Assembly (NCBI GenBank): GCA_017651265.1 | Contig: JAGCDO010000001.1 | Coordinates: 4,442 to 68,441, forward strand | Direction: 5' to 3' | Origin: Prevotella sp. | Lineage (GTDB): Bacteria > Bacteroidota > Bacteroidia > Bacteroidales > Bacteroidaceae | Length of the DNA: 64,000 bases | Shown here: positions 15,744-25,422 of the stretch, piece by piece | Numbering within the stretch: position 1 is the first letter of the stretch | Layout of the letters: the number at the start of each line of letters is the position of its first letter | Translations under genes and position numbers: made by a program | The notes under the pieces: generated by a model | The model's input: the letters and a program-made list of their open reading frames with translations, nothing else | What the model was told of the DNA's origin: nothing | The model's database searches: none

Positions 15744-16996
15744 TATCTAATGGTTTCATCAAAAATCTTTGCCAAGATCTGCTTGTGCTTGGCAGCCACT
15801 GAATCGTATGAACAATACTCCTCTACAAACGACCGGGCTCTTGATGCTATACGCTGATAACGTTCTTCATCCGCAAATATCCACTCGATGCCCCGTGTCA
15901 AATCGTCCACATCCTTATAATTTGCCAAATAGCCTGTTTCTTCTGTATGAATCAAATCGGGAATACCTCCCACATTGAATCCCACACATGGAACGCCACA
16001 TGCCATTGACTCTATAATCACGTAACCAAATGCTTCTGCCATCGATGGTATCACAAACACATCTGCTGCATTATATGCTTTCACAAGTGCTTCCTGATCG
16101 GTCAGTCTGCCCAAGAAAGTGGCTTCCATGCTGATTCCTTCCAGATCTTGCCTTCCCCCTTGTCCAAAGACCAAAGCCTGATACTTATCTTTAGAGAGTT
16201 TTGCTAAAGCTTTCTTTAAGTAAGAAAAGCCTTTGTAGGGGCTATTGACGACATCTGCACTGAACAGAATGGTCTTTTTGTTCTCATCAAGACCTAATTC
16301 CTTTTTCACAGATTTCTTATCCATCGGGCGGAAGATATTAGTATCCAACGAGTTGGGTATCACGAAGCAACTCTTGTCATGAAAAAGACTACTTCGTCTT
16401 GCACAACCAGTTAACCAATTACTTGGCGACATGCCATAGAAGTTCTGGTATTTCTCCCAAGCATGCTTCTTTTTCCTTAACTGCCAAGAAGATAACCCAT
16501 GCCCACCCAAATACCTGGTAAACTTACAATTCATACAGTCCCTTTCATATTCCGTGCATTCAAAAGAATGATGACATCCTCCGGTAATGGGGAACATATC
16601 ATGCATATACCAAATCACAGGTTTTCCCATATCCAACAGTTCCCGAATCCCTTGATAATTCAGCGTTTTATAAACGGTCTGAACATAAATGACATCCGCC
16701 TCTTGAACCAAAGGATGGTCTTTAATGGAAAAGCCAGAAAGCAAGAGATCAAAATCGCCCCAAGGCTTTCCAACCTTCCTCAAGAGGGCACCAATCTTGT
16801 TATTTATATGATACAAGAACTCCTCATAGCTGTGTTGATGGGGAATCACTGTCACGTGAGCCAATGGATGTTTCCCTGGGACTAATACCAACAGATGGGA
16901 CTCTATTCCATTCTGGTTAAAAGCCTGATTGAGTCTAACAGCTGCCTGCGCAGCCCCTCCCCCATCACAATATGTACTGATATGAACTACTTTCAT
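15743..16996 (-). CDS. Glycosyltransferase family 4
   Basis: 417 aa. MKVVHISTYCDGGGAAQAAVRL and VFVIPSMAEAFGYVIIESMACGVPCVGFNVGGIPDLI. Confidence 0.8.
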   Translation of the reverse strand: MKVVHISTYCDGGGAAQAAVRLNQAFNQNGIESHLLVLVPGKHPLAHVTVIPHQHSYEEFLYHINNKIGALLRKVGKPWGDFDLLLSGFSIKDHPLVQEADVIYVQTVYKTLNYQGIRELLDMGKPVIWYMHDMFPITGGCHHSFECTEYERDCMNCKFTRYLGGHGLSSWQLRKKKHAWEKYQNFYGMSPSNWLTGCARRSSLFHDKSCFVIPNSLDTNIFRPMDKKSVKKELGLDENKKTILFSADVVNSPYKGFSYLKKALAKLSKDKYQALVFGQGGRQDLEGISMEATFLGRLTDQEALVKAYNAADVFVIPSMAEAFGYVIIESMACGVPCVGFNVGGIPDLIHTEETGYLANYKDVDDLTRGIEWIFADEERYQRIASRARSFVEEYCSYDSVAAKHKQILAKIFDETIR

Positions 16997-18084
16997 TGCT
17001 TACTCATAAGACCTTCTATCATAGTAACGGTTTTGTCCCAGTTGTAGTTTTGGATCGCAAAGATTTGGCCTTCTTCACCCATCTTCTTCAATCTATCTTC
17101 GTCCTTCAGTGCATCAATCAAGACATCTGCCAAAGATTTAGGATCTGCCTGATCTACCACAAAGCCATACTTCCCATTTCCCGAGAATTCAGGAACAGCG
17201 AAACGATTCAGACCGACAATAGGAGTCTTATTGGCTAATGCTTCTAAGTATGTAAGTCCTAAAGGCTCCCATTGCGCTGGCATGACATAAAGCGTACTCT
17301 CACGGAACAGCTCAACAGTCTTTGACCTGGGATAGCCGTCATAATAATCAACTCCCTCTTGTTCCTCTCCGGAACAACCAACAACAGCCAGCCTGGCATC
17401 AGGGATAACCTTTCTCACCAAGGGCATAGCCTCCAACACCAAGGGAAGTCCTTTACGCCACTTCGTGTTTGATCGTAACACAATGAGCAACAGATGACGG
17501 GAGTAATCCTTTTCTTCTTTCAAGGGAGAAATGTTGGCTCCACATCGCACATTATGAATCAACTGCTCTTGAATGCCGTATTCATGAATCAGGTAATCCT
17601 TCACCCACTGATTGGCTGTAAAGATACCCGTCATCTGCCGAAGCGATTGGATATCATTCTTTATATATCGCGTCATCACCATTTTCTGCCATGGGGAAGG
17701 ATGTTCCAATCGTTCAAAAACTGGGGGTAAGACTGAATCAAGATAGCAGTAATAACGTTTTGAGGAATCCACCCCTTTCCCTATACAATGTTGGTCAATG
17801 AAAAGGACTGCATCAGCCTGGCTCTTTTTCAACATCCGATGCGTTTTTTTCTTCAAGTATCCATAGAGTATGGGCTGCCTGAAATACCAAGGAATAGCCA
17901 ATTTGATCATCACCCAATGAACAGCATAGGTAAAGCGGTCATAAAGCAGCCGGAGATTAAACGACCTGACTTCTTCAAATCCGCCATTATCCGTTAGACG
18001 GTCATAGATATTCTTGGGGGTTCCCGACCATGTCTTAGGATTCTTTGCTTCCCCCCTGGAAACAACCAATAGTTTGGATTTCAT
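16993..18084 (-). CDS. GT-B fold glycosyltransferase (GT4-like)
   Basis: 363 aa. LYVMPAQWEPLGLTYLEALANKTPIVGLNRFAVPEF. Confidence 0.65.
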   Translation of the reverse strand: MKSKLLVVSRGEAKNPKTWSGTPKNIYDRLTDNGGFEEVRSFNLRLLYDRFTYAVHWVMIKLAIPWYFRQPILYGYLKKKTHRMLKKSQADAVLFIDQHCIGKGVDSSKRYYCYLDSVLPPVFERLEHPSPWQKMVMTRYIKNDIQSLRQMTGIFTANQWVKDYLIHEYGIQEQLIHNVRCGANISPLKEEKDYSRHLLLIVLRSNTKWRKGLPLVLEAMPLVRKVIPDARLAVVGCSGEEQEGVDYYDGYPRSKTVELFRESTLYVMPAQWEPLGLTYLEALANKTPIVGLNRFAVPEFSGNGKYGFVVDQADPKSLADVLIDALKDEDRLKKMGEEGQIFAIQNYNWDKTVTMIEGLMSKQ

Positions 18085-18830
18085 ACCCCAGCTACTGTTT
18101 TTTTGAGATATTCAGTGTATTCTTGTGGAATACCGCAAAAGATTACGTCATCCCGTTGAATCAGATGGATGTGTATATTCTTTCCCTTACGTATCAATTC
18201 ATTATAAAGAGGTGCCACATAGTACTCTTTAATACGATCAGTTGTGTAAAGACCAGATGCGCCATACGCCTCCTTGAAATCTGCTGACTTCCTGAAATAA
18301 TAAATACCAGTAGAGCAGTAACGGGAGATTTCCCTCTTCTCCGCTGTTTCCACGACTCTTGTGCTATCCTCCGACTCTGTTCTTGCATACGACCAATTGG
18401 CTCCGCAACCAGCAAAGACTTCCAGATATCCATCCCATTGATCTATCTCTTCCGGGAATTTGAATCCAGGACGGAAGGTATCTATATTAAAGATCAAGAT
18501 GGATGATTCATTTGGAACGCAAGCCCTCTCAAGCCCCAGCAAGACTGTTTCGGCCTGTCCCTTTGTAGGTTGATCCAAAACCACCACATTGTATGATTTG
18601 ATACCCAACAATTCACACTCTTTTTCAATGAATGTTTTTGTATCAAACACATTTCTCGCAATAAAGACAAAACGCGCTTCATCAAAATACCGTTCAAAAC
18701 TACTGACAGCCAGATTGAACAAGCTTTTGTCATGAGCATATAACATGTACTTGGGCAAGGTAAATCCAGCCTTCGTAAACCGTGAGCTGAGCCCTGCCAT
18801 GGGAATAACAATGACGGGTTGATTATTCAT
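18081..18830 (-). CDS. Sugar/alcohol-phosphate nucleotidyltransferase (GT-A-like NTP-transferase fold)
   Basis: 249 aa. The N-terminal VIVIPMAGLSSRFTKAGFTLPKYML matches the G-x-G-x-R nucleotide-binding loop of NDP-sugar pyrophosphorylases. Confidence 0.65.
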   Translation of the reverse strand: MNNQPVIVIPMAGLSSRFTKAGFTLPKYMLYAHDKSLFNLAVSSFERYFDEARFVFIARNVFDTKTFIEKECELLGIKSYNVVVLDQPTKGQAETVLLGLERACVPNESSILIFNIDTFRPGFKFPEEIDQWDGYLEVFAGCGANWSYARTESEDSTRVVETAEKREISRYCSTGIYYFRKSADFKEAYGASGLYTTDRIKEYYVAPLYNELIRKGKNIHIHLIQRDDVIFCGIPQEYTEYLKKTVAGV

Positions 18831-20367
18831 GATTATCTAATTGTAAATAAAGTCTTAATGCATTGGCAAGAAGTGCTTTCTGCCGAAGGGGATTGTCATG
18901 GTGCAAGGGGAGCATAGACAAGAACAAGTGAATGACCAAAGGAAGTACGGACAACTCCTGTAATGAATACCCGGCAAAGGTCATGTTTTCAAATATACGC
19001 TGCACGGTATGAACTGTTTCATTCTCGAACACCCTAAAGTTGATTTGATAAGGGTTTGACTCCTCGTACGAGAACCTACCTCCTATGATAAAATCATATA
19101 ATCCGATGATAGAATGAGCCATCTTCGCCACATCATACCTTAAATCGCCAAACACACTTAACTCTCCTTCTGATGTGATTCCCCGTGGATCTATCACTTT
19201 GATACCTTTCGACTTAAAATCGTAAAGAATATTACTGAAACAAAAATCTCCATGCATCAGCGTGACAAAGTCAAGGTTGTCCGTATCAATCATGTCCGAT
19301 GTCCTTTGGCAAATCTTCCTTAGAGAGGGAACTGAAACACCATTCAACTCCCAGTCATGATCCAAGTCGATTCCCTGCTGTGAAGCATAAAGGGTTAGGC
19401 GCGATAGTGTTTTCTCTGCGAACAACTTCCGGTTTTGAGAGGCGACTGCTAACCGATTTTCCGGTTTGAACCTTGATTCATCACTTAAGAAGGCATTACA
19501 AGCCTTCAGGATATCATTCCATACATAGGGAGGATTCTTGGCAAAGACAAAGAGGTTTGCCAATGAACTGAGATAGTAGTATTCCATTTGATAATAGCCC
19601 ACTTCCCCATTCTCTCCAGCATCCCATACTGCAGGGGCATAGTGCTTCATCTCCATTGGCAGAGATTGCAGCCAATTGGCTTCAGCCGCCATCTTTATTT
19701 TATCGGCACTCCGCTTTGTGATACTATTAGGCGTAGCGACCAAACTATTAAACACACGTTCAGTGGTCATCTTAGAAATGGAGCGGTAATAGGTATTAGC
19801 CAACCCAAAGTCCTTCCAAGTGCTATTCTTTATGCGTTGGATGGGATTTTGCTGGTTATATTTTTCTACCCCCTTTATGAACTGATAATTACACTGGGTA
19901 ATGCACCGGATTAACTGTTGCTGCGAACTAAAACTAAAGAAACCGGAAAATATCTCTCCACTTCCCACCATGGTTTCTGCCCAGGCATAGTCGTCTTCTA
20001 CATTTGCCACCGTACAACTGTCTGGAACAAAATCCAGTTTGTCGAACAGGGTATCACCATGCAGTAAGAATAAAGGCTCATCGTATCGACTTACCATATT
20101 TAAGGAAAAGACGACAGACTGCCCCAACGACAATCCTATTGGGACGTACACTACTTCGACCTGAACTTCCTGAAGAAATATCTTATCTCCTTCTTCCAAC
20201 TCATAATCGGCAGGAAGCGACAATACAACATGTTCATCTGGTGGAACTAGTTTCAGTTGATGCATATATAACCTTTTGTTCTGTACAGGCAGCATCGCCG
20301 GAGGCAGCTTACCAAACTCAGAAACCAAGGCCGGACTGACGTATGCAGCTGAAGTTATAAGAATCAT
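18823..20367 (-). CDS. Two-domain protein: degenerate nucleotidyltransferase-like N-domain plus APH/choline-kinase-fold phosphotransferase
   Basis: 514 aa. The N-part has FGKLPPAMLPVQNKRLY. The C-part has LMHGDFCFSNILYD....KVIDPRG, matching the H-x-D-x4-N catalytic loop and metal-binding D of aminoglycoside/choline kinases. Confidence 0.65.
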   Translation of the reverse strand: MILITSAAYVSPALVSEFGKLPPAMLPVQNKRLYMHQLKLVPPDEHVVLSLPADYELEEGDKIFLQEVQVEVVYVPIGLSLGQSVVFSLNMVSRYDEPLFLLHGDTLFDKLDFVPDSCTVANVEDDYAWAETMVGSGEIFSGFFSFSSQQQLIRCITQCNYQFIKGVEKYNQQNPIQRIKNSTWKDFGLANTYYRSISKMTTERVFNSLVATPNSITKRSADKIKMAAEANWLQSLPMEMKHYAPAVWDAGENGEVGYYQMEYYYLSSLANLFVFAKNPPYVWNDILKACNAFLSDESRFKPENRLAVASQNRKLFAEKTLSRLTLYASQQGIDLDHDWELNGVSVPSLRKICQRTSDMIDTDNLDFVTLMHGDFCFSNILYDFKSKGIKVIDPRGITSEGELSVFGDLRYDVAKMAHSIIGLYDFIIGGRFSYEESNPYQINFRVFENETVHTVQRIFENMTFAGYSLQELSVLPLVIHLFLSMLPLHHDNPLRQKALLANALRLYLQLDNHE

Positions 20368-20780
20368 TTTACTAAAGAACGAATATACTCTTTTTCTTTT
20401 TTCAGCATTTCATCGATCTGCTCCAATGACATGGAATGGAACTCAGAAGGGCGAATGCTTTTGTCATCAATGTAGAAGCCCGTAAAGCCGCACCAAGGCT
20501 TTCCCACGATGATTTCATCGTAAGGAACCTGATACCGATTTAGCCAATTCACAATATTAGGCAATGTATGCACATTAATCTTGCCTACTTGTCCTTCGTA
20601 TGTTCTCATTTGCCTACTGGAATGAATCACAATGAGGAAGCCCTCCTCCTTGTATTTCCTTAACAAATCAATAGTTTCTTGAATGGGTTTACTATTCTGA
20701 TAATCACCCTTCTCTGTGACAGAGATGGTATCATCAAGATCAACTACCAACTTCTTTACTTTATTCAAATCTTCTGCCAT
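20364..20780 (-). CDS. Small HAD-superfamily phosphatase
   Basis: 138 aa. LVVDLDDTIS is the DxDxT motif I, and a downstream SSR...GKP..IDD pattern follows. Confidence 0.65.
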   Translation of the reverse strand: MAEDLNKVKKLVVDLDDTISVTEKGDYQNSKPIQETIDLLRKYKEEGFLIVIHSSRQMRTYEGQVGKINVHTLPNIVNWLNRYQVPYDEIIVGKPWCGFTGFYIDDKSIRPSEFHSMSLEQIDEMLKKEKEYIRSLVK

Positions 20781-20807
20781 ATTTCAATGATTAAATAAAT
20801 ATCTAAA

Positions 20808-21836
20808 TTAAAATCTTTCGTATAAATAACGCACAAGCAAAGGTATCGATATACCTACAATAGTATAAAGGATCCACCAACCTATTATAGAAAAGCCATG
20901 GATAACTGGCAACTCTGCCAATCTCGCAAATTGGAGACCAAATACCATCACAATCAATAATGAGACCAATTTGAAAGCTAAAAAGTGCCAGGTTAGGATA
21001 TCCAACGTATGGTTACCGCAATAAATGAGTATTCTAATTGGGCATCCATCATGCTTTTGAATATGATCTGAGATGGAAAATGTCACAATGATTCCGCTAA
21101 GGGCACATATAACATAAGGTATTAACGTTAAATGGTTAAAATGCAACATACTTGCTGCCATAAGAACACTCCCTAGAGCAACTACAATAAACGACAAGCC
21201 ACAGATTGACCACGAGAAAACCGACTTAATTTGATGGACTGCAAAACAATGGCCTGCCATCAGAAAGAAAGAAGCCAAAAACTCCCTTGCACTAATATCA
21301 AAGAAAGGTGCTCGCCATTGAAAAAAGGAGAAAGCAAATGTAATAACTAAAAGGAACATTGCTCCCACAAAACTATTCTTGATGACTTTCAAAACAATAA
21401 AGAAAAACAAAGAACCCCATAACAAGGAATTCATAAACCAATATCCTCCCAATAAAGGTTCGAAATCCTTCATCATGACTACATTGTGAATCAACTTATA
21501 AAAACTATCTGAAAGACTATAATTTCTTGTTATAGCACCATATTGCTCATTATAAATATTTAAAGAAAAAAAGAGATTATGCAACAAAACAAATACTACA
21601 CTCCACTTGACAATAGGTCTATATACCCCGTCTATCCTTCTTTTTAAAAAAGTCAAGCTATCATTAAGATACTTGATCTTGAAACAATAGCCGCTCATGA
21701 AAAAGAACAAGGGCATGATAAAAATGCGAACAAAATGATTAAGCCATACAGGACATCCACTATGCTGCAACACCATTAACATAATCGCCAAAGCTTTGGC
21801 AATAGTAACACTATTGTCTCTTTCTTGTATTGCCAT
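20808..21836 (-). CDS. Acyltransferase family 3 (AT3) membrane O-acyltransferase
   Basis: 342 aa and polytopic. N-terminal RDNSVTIAKALAIMLMVLQH. Confidence 0.75.
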   Translation of the reverse strand: MAIQERDNSVTIAKALAIMLMVLQHSGCPVWLNHFVRIFIMPLFFFMSGYCFKIKYLNDSLTFLKRRIDGVYRPIVKWSVVFVLLHNLFFSLNIYNEQYGAITRNYSLSDSFYKLIHNVVMMKDFEPLLGGYWFMNSLLWGSLFFFIVLKVIKNSFVGAMFLLVITFAFSFFQWRAPFFDISAREFLASFFLMAGHCFAVHQIKSVFSWSICGLSFIVVALGSVLMAASMLHFNHLTLIPYVICALSGIIVTFSISDHIQKHDGCPIRILIYCGNHTLDILTWHFLAFKLVSLLIVMVFGLQFARLAELPVIHGFSIIGWWILYTIVGISIPLLVRYLYERF

Positions 21837-21853
21837 TCTTTACTAATAGAACT

Positions 21854-22558
21854 CTAATACAACCTACATGAATACCCATCGAATTCATACGTCATCGGCT
21901 GGGGACGTTCATTCACTTTCTTTGCAGGAATACCAGCAACGACAGCATAAGGTTCCACATTTTTAGTAACAACACATCCTGCACAACATACAGCGCCTTC
22001 TCCTATTCTTACTCCTGGCAAAACAATTACATTACACCCTAACCAGACGCGATCTCCAATTTCAACATGCATTTGTTCATTAGACATATTACATTCAAAA
22101 TTAGGATCCCTATGATCATGTTGCAAGGTGTAAATCGATACATTTGATGAGATGTTCACATGTCTGCCAATAGACAATCCACACCTTGCATCGAGAATGG
22201 CATGGTCTCCTATAATGCTTCCTTCACCCACTGTCAAATTTGTTGGATAACGTATTTCTGTTCCCACATGGAAAACGACATTCTTACCTATTGAAACACC
22301 TAATGCTTTATATATCCACTTCCGAAGATGAAGAGAGGGTAATCTGGACACTTGAAATAGCATATATCGTTCCCATCCTCCACGACACAATTTCTCAAAC
22401 AAGATATAGGGATAAGCGAACAATTTGTATGGCATTCCATATTTGCGATGCTTTTTCATATATGCCTGCACCATCTGAAAAGGAAACAGCAAGACTATTA
22501 GTATCCATTTCAAATAGATAAGAAGGACAAGAACCAGAATAATGTGAACAAGACCCAT
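21854..22558 (-). CDS. Membrane-anchored hexapeptide-repeat acetyltransferase (WcaF-like)
   Basis: 234 aa. An N-terminal hydrophobic helix is followed by IGKNVVFHVGTEI..VGEGSIIGDHAILD..IGDRVWLGCNVIVLPGVRIGEGAVCCAGCVVTKNV. Confidence 0.8.
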   Translation of the reverse strand: MGLVHIILVLVLLIYLKWILIVLLFPFQMVQAYMKKHRKYGMPYKLFAYPYILFEKLCRGGWERYMLFQVSRLPSLHLRKWIYKALGVSIGKNVVFHVGTEIRYPTNLTVGEGSIIGDHAILDARCGLSIGRHVNISSNVSIYTLQHDHRDPNFECNMSNEQMHVEIGDRVWLGCNVIVLPGVRIGEGAVCCAGCVVTKNVEPYAVVAGIPAKKVNERPQPMTYEFDGYSCRLY

Positions 22559-22567
22559 TGCCGAAAA

Positions 22568-23506
22568 CTATTTATTAAGACGATTACTAATCCAACTTGC
22601 CAATTTCACCCAAATGGACGGATTCCATTCAGTCAATATCTCTTTCTGCAACGCTTTGTTGTCCTTGAAAATTTCATCTCTGTATTTGATGAAAGTAATA
22701 TTGTATTTCTTTACCCTAAAAGCATTCCACTTACTAATCAGATGATGCTCTTCAAGATATTTGAGAATCTGAACGTCTTGTTTGTAAGAACTGCCGGAAA
22801 TGAAATTTGTTGCTGTCGTGTTATCACCATGCATTCTATGGTAATTTAATGGTATGTCTTCGAAAGACACTCCACCTTTCCCACATAATAAGATCCAGAA
22901 CAACCTATCGCCAGAACTGCGGTAATTCATATAATCGCCACTTATCTGTAAAGCCCCCTCTCTTTTAAAGAGAACAGAACTGGCATTGGTAATATCATTA
23001 TGCCACATTAGGAAATTATCGATAAACTCCCTGCCTGTATAAAACCCTCGGAAATGTTTGGTACAAGTGAAGCCTCCACTCTTCTCTCCTTTCTCATTAA
23101 TAATCTGAGAACGGCAAAAAGCAATGACTGCGTCTGGATGCTCTCTATACTTTTCCACCATGGTGGCTAAGAAATCGGGAGAACAGGCATCATCGCTTTC
23201 CGCTATCCATATCAAATTACCTTGTGCAAGCTGAATTCCCTTATTCCACTGTTTGAAAGGCGAACCAGAATTCTGTTCATTCCTTACGACCATTTTCAAC
23301 CGTGGTTCTTCCCTATACTGATTAATCACCTCCATGCTATTATCGGTGGAACAATCATCAAGGATGATCAGCTCGAAATGGGTATAAGTCTGCTTGAGGA
23401 TACTATCTAACCTTTCACGCAGGAACTCTTCGTGATTATAATTAGGGACAATGACGCTAACAAAAGGAGTTTCTTTCATTCTTTTATAATTATTGCCTAC
23501 ATTCAT
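22568..23506 (-). CDS. Glycosyltransferase family 2
   Basis: 312 aa. FVSVIVPNYNHEEFLRERLDSILKQTY..ELIILDDCSTD and WIAESDD (DxD). Confidence 0.85.
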   Translation of the reverse strand: MNVGNNYKRMKETPFVSVIVPNYNHEEFLRERLDSILKQTYTHFELIILDDCSTDNSMEVINQYREEPRLKMVVRNEQNSGSPFKQWNKGIQLAQGNLIWIAESDDACSPDFLATMVEKYREHPDAVIAFCRSQIINEKGEKSGGFTCTKHFRGFYTGREFIDNFLMWHNDITNASSVLFKREGALQISGDYMNYRSSGDRLFWILLCGKGGVSFEDIPLNYHRMHGDNTTATNFISGSSYKQDVQILKYLEEHHLISKWNAFRVKKYNITFIKYRDEIFKDNKALQKEILTEWNPSIWVKLASWISNRLNK

Positions 23507-23507
23507 G

Positions 23508-25412
23508 TCATAACCTTCTTCTTACACCTTTCAATAAACGTCTAACAAAACGATTACTGGCCGACCGATATAATTGGCCTCTTCGGTATAATAAGAATAA
23601 CCTATCTTTAATTGGTATAGTTTTATTAGATAAAGCCAAAGCATTTTCTAACTTATTGACAACGGCTGAGGAACTCATGTAATCTTCAAAGGTTATACTC
23701 TTCAGAGCTGTGGAAACACGTCCCACATACTCCGAACGTGGGAATAATCTCTTTAACAAAAGGGAACACTCGTAACTATCAATTTTATGCCGTTTATCAA
23801 CATTGATTCCACCTAAGTAACGGGAACAAGGTTTATTCAAATCAGAGATAGAGCAGGACCACCCAAAATCAATTAAGGATACAGAACACCCACCATTGGT
23901 TTCACTTACAAGGATATTACCTGCCATTATATCACGGTGAACAATTTGATGCTCAACAAGATATTTCAAAACGCCAATGATAGAGCTAACGAATGACTGT
24001 ATATACCTGAGAGTTAAATGATGCTGGACACAAAAGAACTGATCAACAGGAATACCAGGAACCCGTGATTCCTCTATCAAAGACAAATTATTACCAAGTT
24101 CTTCAAATCTAATAATGCTTGGAACGACATGGCTGCCATCCAAAGCCTTCAGAATACTGCACTCATTTTCCAGCAACCAGTCTGTTCCTATCTTTACAAA
24201 GCTATTGTCTTTTTTGAATACTGCACTATAAAAATGACCAAATGGTTCCTCAAAGAAATCAAGTTGTTTGATACATTCACCGTGCCGAAAAGCAATTTCT
24301 GAGTATTGCAGATTCTTTTTGTTATACAAAACCGACTTATCATCGGGTCGTACAAATTCATAATTCCTTGGCAACATGAATTGGTCCAATAACCTGACAG
24401 CATCCTCTACTTCCTTACTAAATGTGACATTGATGGTCTCACCGTAACTAGCTAATTTGGGGAAATAATCAGGTTTAATCTCCCACTTTTGTATATATGC
24501 ATGATACAGTAAGGAATAGAACTGGTGCTCTGGTGACGGTATATAGAACAAGTCCTTGCTCATTACCCTCGTTTTCAAAATATCCTGTTCCCATTTAGGA
24601 CAATAATAATTATCCTGTACATAGCGGAAATCAAAGGGGACATCTTTTCCTGCAATATTAATAATATGATATACTCGGTATGATTCCTTGAAAACAGGAC
24701 GGGCAAGGGTCAAATAAGCTGCATAATTCTTGTTAGCCACCAACAAATCGATATCGCCATGTCCTTCAACGGTATATTCTTCCGGAAGAACTTCATGGTT
24801 ACGCAACACCACATATTCAATCGTATTGTTCAACACATAGAACAACTCGGAAATGGAATGATAGCCACCAACACCGAGACAATTGTGTTTCCACTCATCT
24901 TCTTCAGGTAACCCTGTTCTTTCAATTGAAAGATCTGCCAGATTGAACTTCCGGCAAAAATCTTCGGTATTCTTACCGAAAAGGATGGTCAAGTCCTTAT
25001 TGGTTTCCCATGCATCGTCACTACTATGGATGCGATGACCACCGCCCACCATCTCACGATAAGCATATTTTTTATCAAACACCCGTGTATTTACTTTTCT
25101 AACACCACCAGATGTCTCACGTTCCTCAAAAAGTGGATGGTCGTCTTTTAAGATGATTGCTGTGAATTCACCATCTCCACATACATTCACTTTATTCTCA
25201 AGAATACGACGATAGTCGTTTCGTTCTCTATGGCACTGGGAATGAGAATAGAACACAAAGAAATTGTCTAAGAACTTTTCTTTCTCCCAGCTGCAACGGA
25301 ATACTTTTAGAATAGTAAAGTCTTTCTGAAGGTCATCAAGGATATAGTCTTTATATGACAGAGCCTTCGACCATATGATCATTAAGTGAATTATTGAATC
25401 CTTATTATTCAT
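23508..25412 (-). CDS. Multidomain protein with a C-terminal protein-kinase-like domain (HRD..N / DFG) and a central GHGDIDLLV segment; function unknown
   Basis: 634 aa. The catalytic-loop-like IVHRDIMAGNILV is followed 12 residues later by LIDFGWS. The central YVVLRNHEVLPEEYTVEGHGDIDLLV resembles nucleotidyltransferase-fold metal sites. I could not assign the N-terminal ~150 aa. Confidence 0.55.
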   Translation of the reverse strand: MNNKDSIIHLMIIWSKALSYKDYILDDLQKDFTILKVFRCSWEKEKFLDNFFVFYSHSQCHRERNDYRRILENKVNVCGDGEFTAIILKDDHPLFEERETSGGVRKVNTRVFDKKYAYREMVGGGHRIHSSDDAWETNKDLTILFGKNTEDFCRKFNLADLSIERTGLPEEDEWKHNCLGVGGYHSISELFYVLNNTIEYVVLRNHEVLPEEYTVEGHGDIDLLVANKNYAAYLTLARPVFKESYRVYHIINIAGKDVPFDFRYVQDNYYCPKWEQDILKTRVMSKDLFYIPSPEHQFYSLLYHAYIQKWEIKPDYFPKLASYGETINVTFSKEVEDAVRLLDQFMLPRNYEFVRPDDKSVLYNKKNLQYSEIAFRHGECIKQLDFFEEPFGHFYSAVFKKDNSFVKIGTDWLLENECSILKALDGSHVVPSIIRFEELGNNLSLIEESRVPGIPVDQFFCVQHHLTLRYIQSFVSSIIGVLKYLVEHQIVHRDIMAGNILVSETNGGCSVSLIDFGWSCSISDLNKPCSRYLGGINVDKRHKIDSYECSLLLKRLFPRSEYVGRVSTALKSITFEDYMSSSAVVNKLENALALSNKTIPIKDRLFLLYRRGQLYRSASNRFVRRLLKGVRRRL

Positions 25413-25422
25413 TACAATATTA

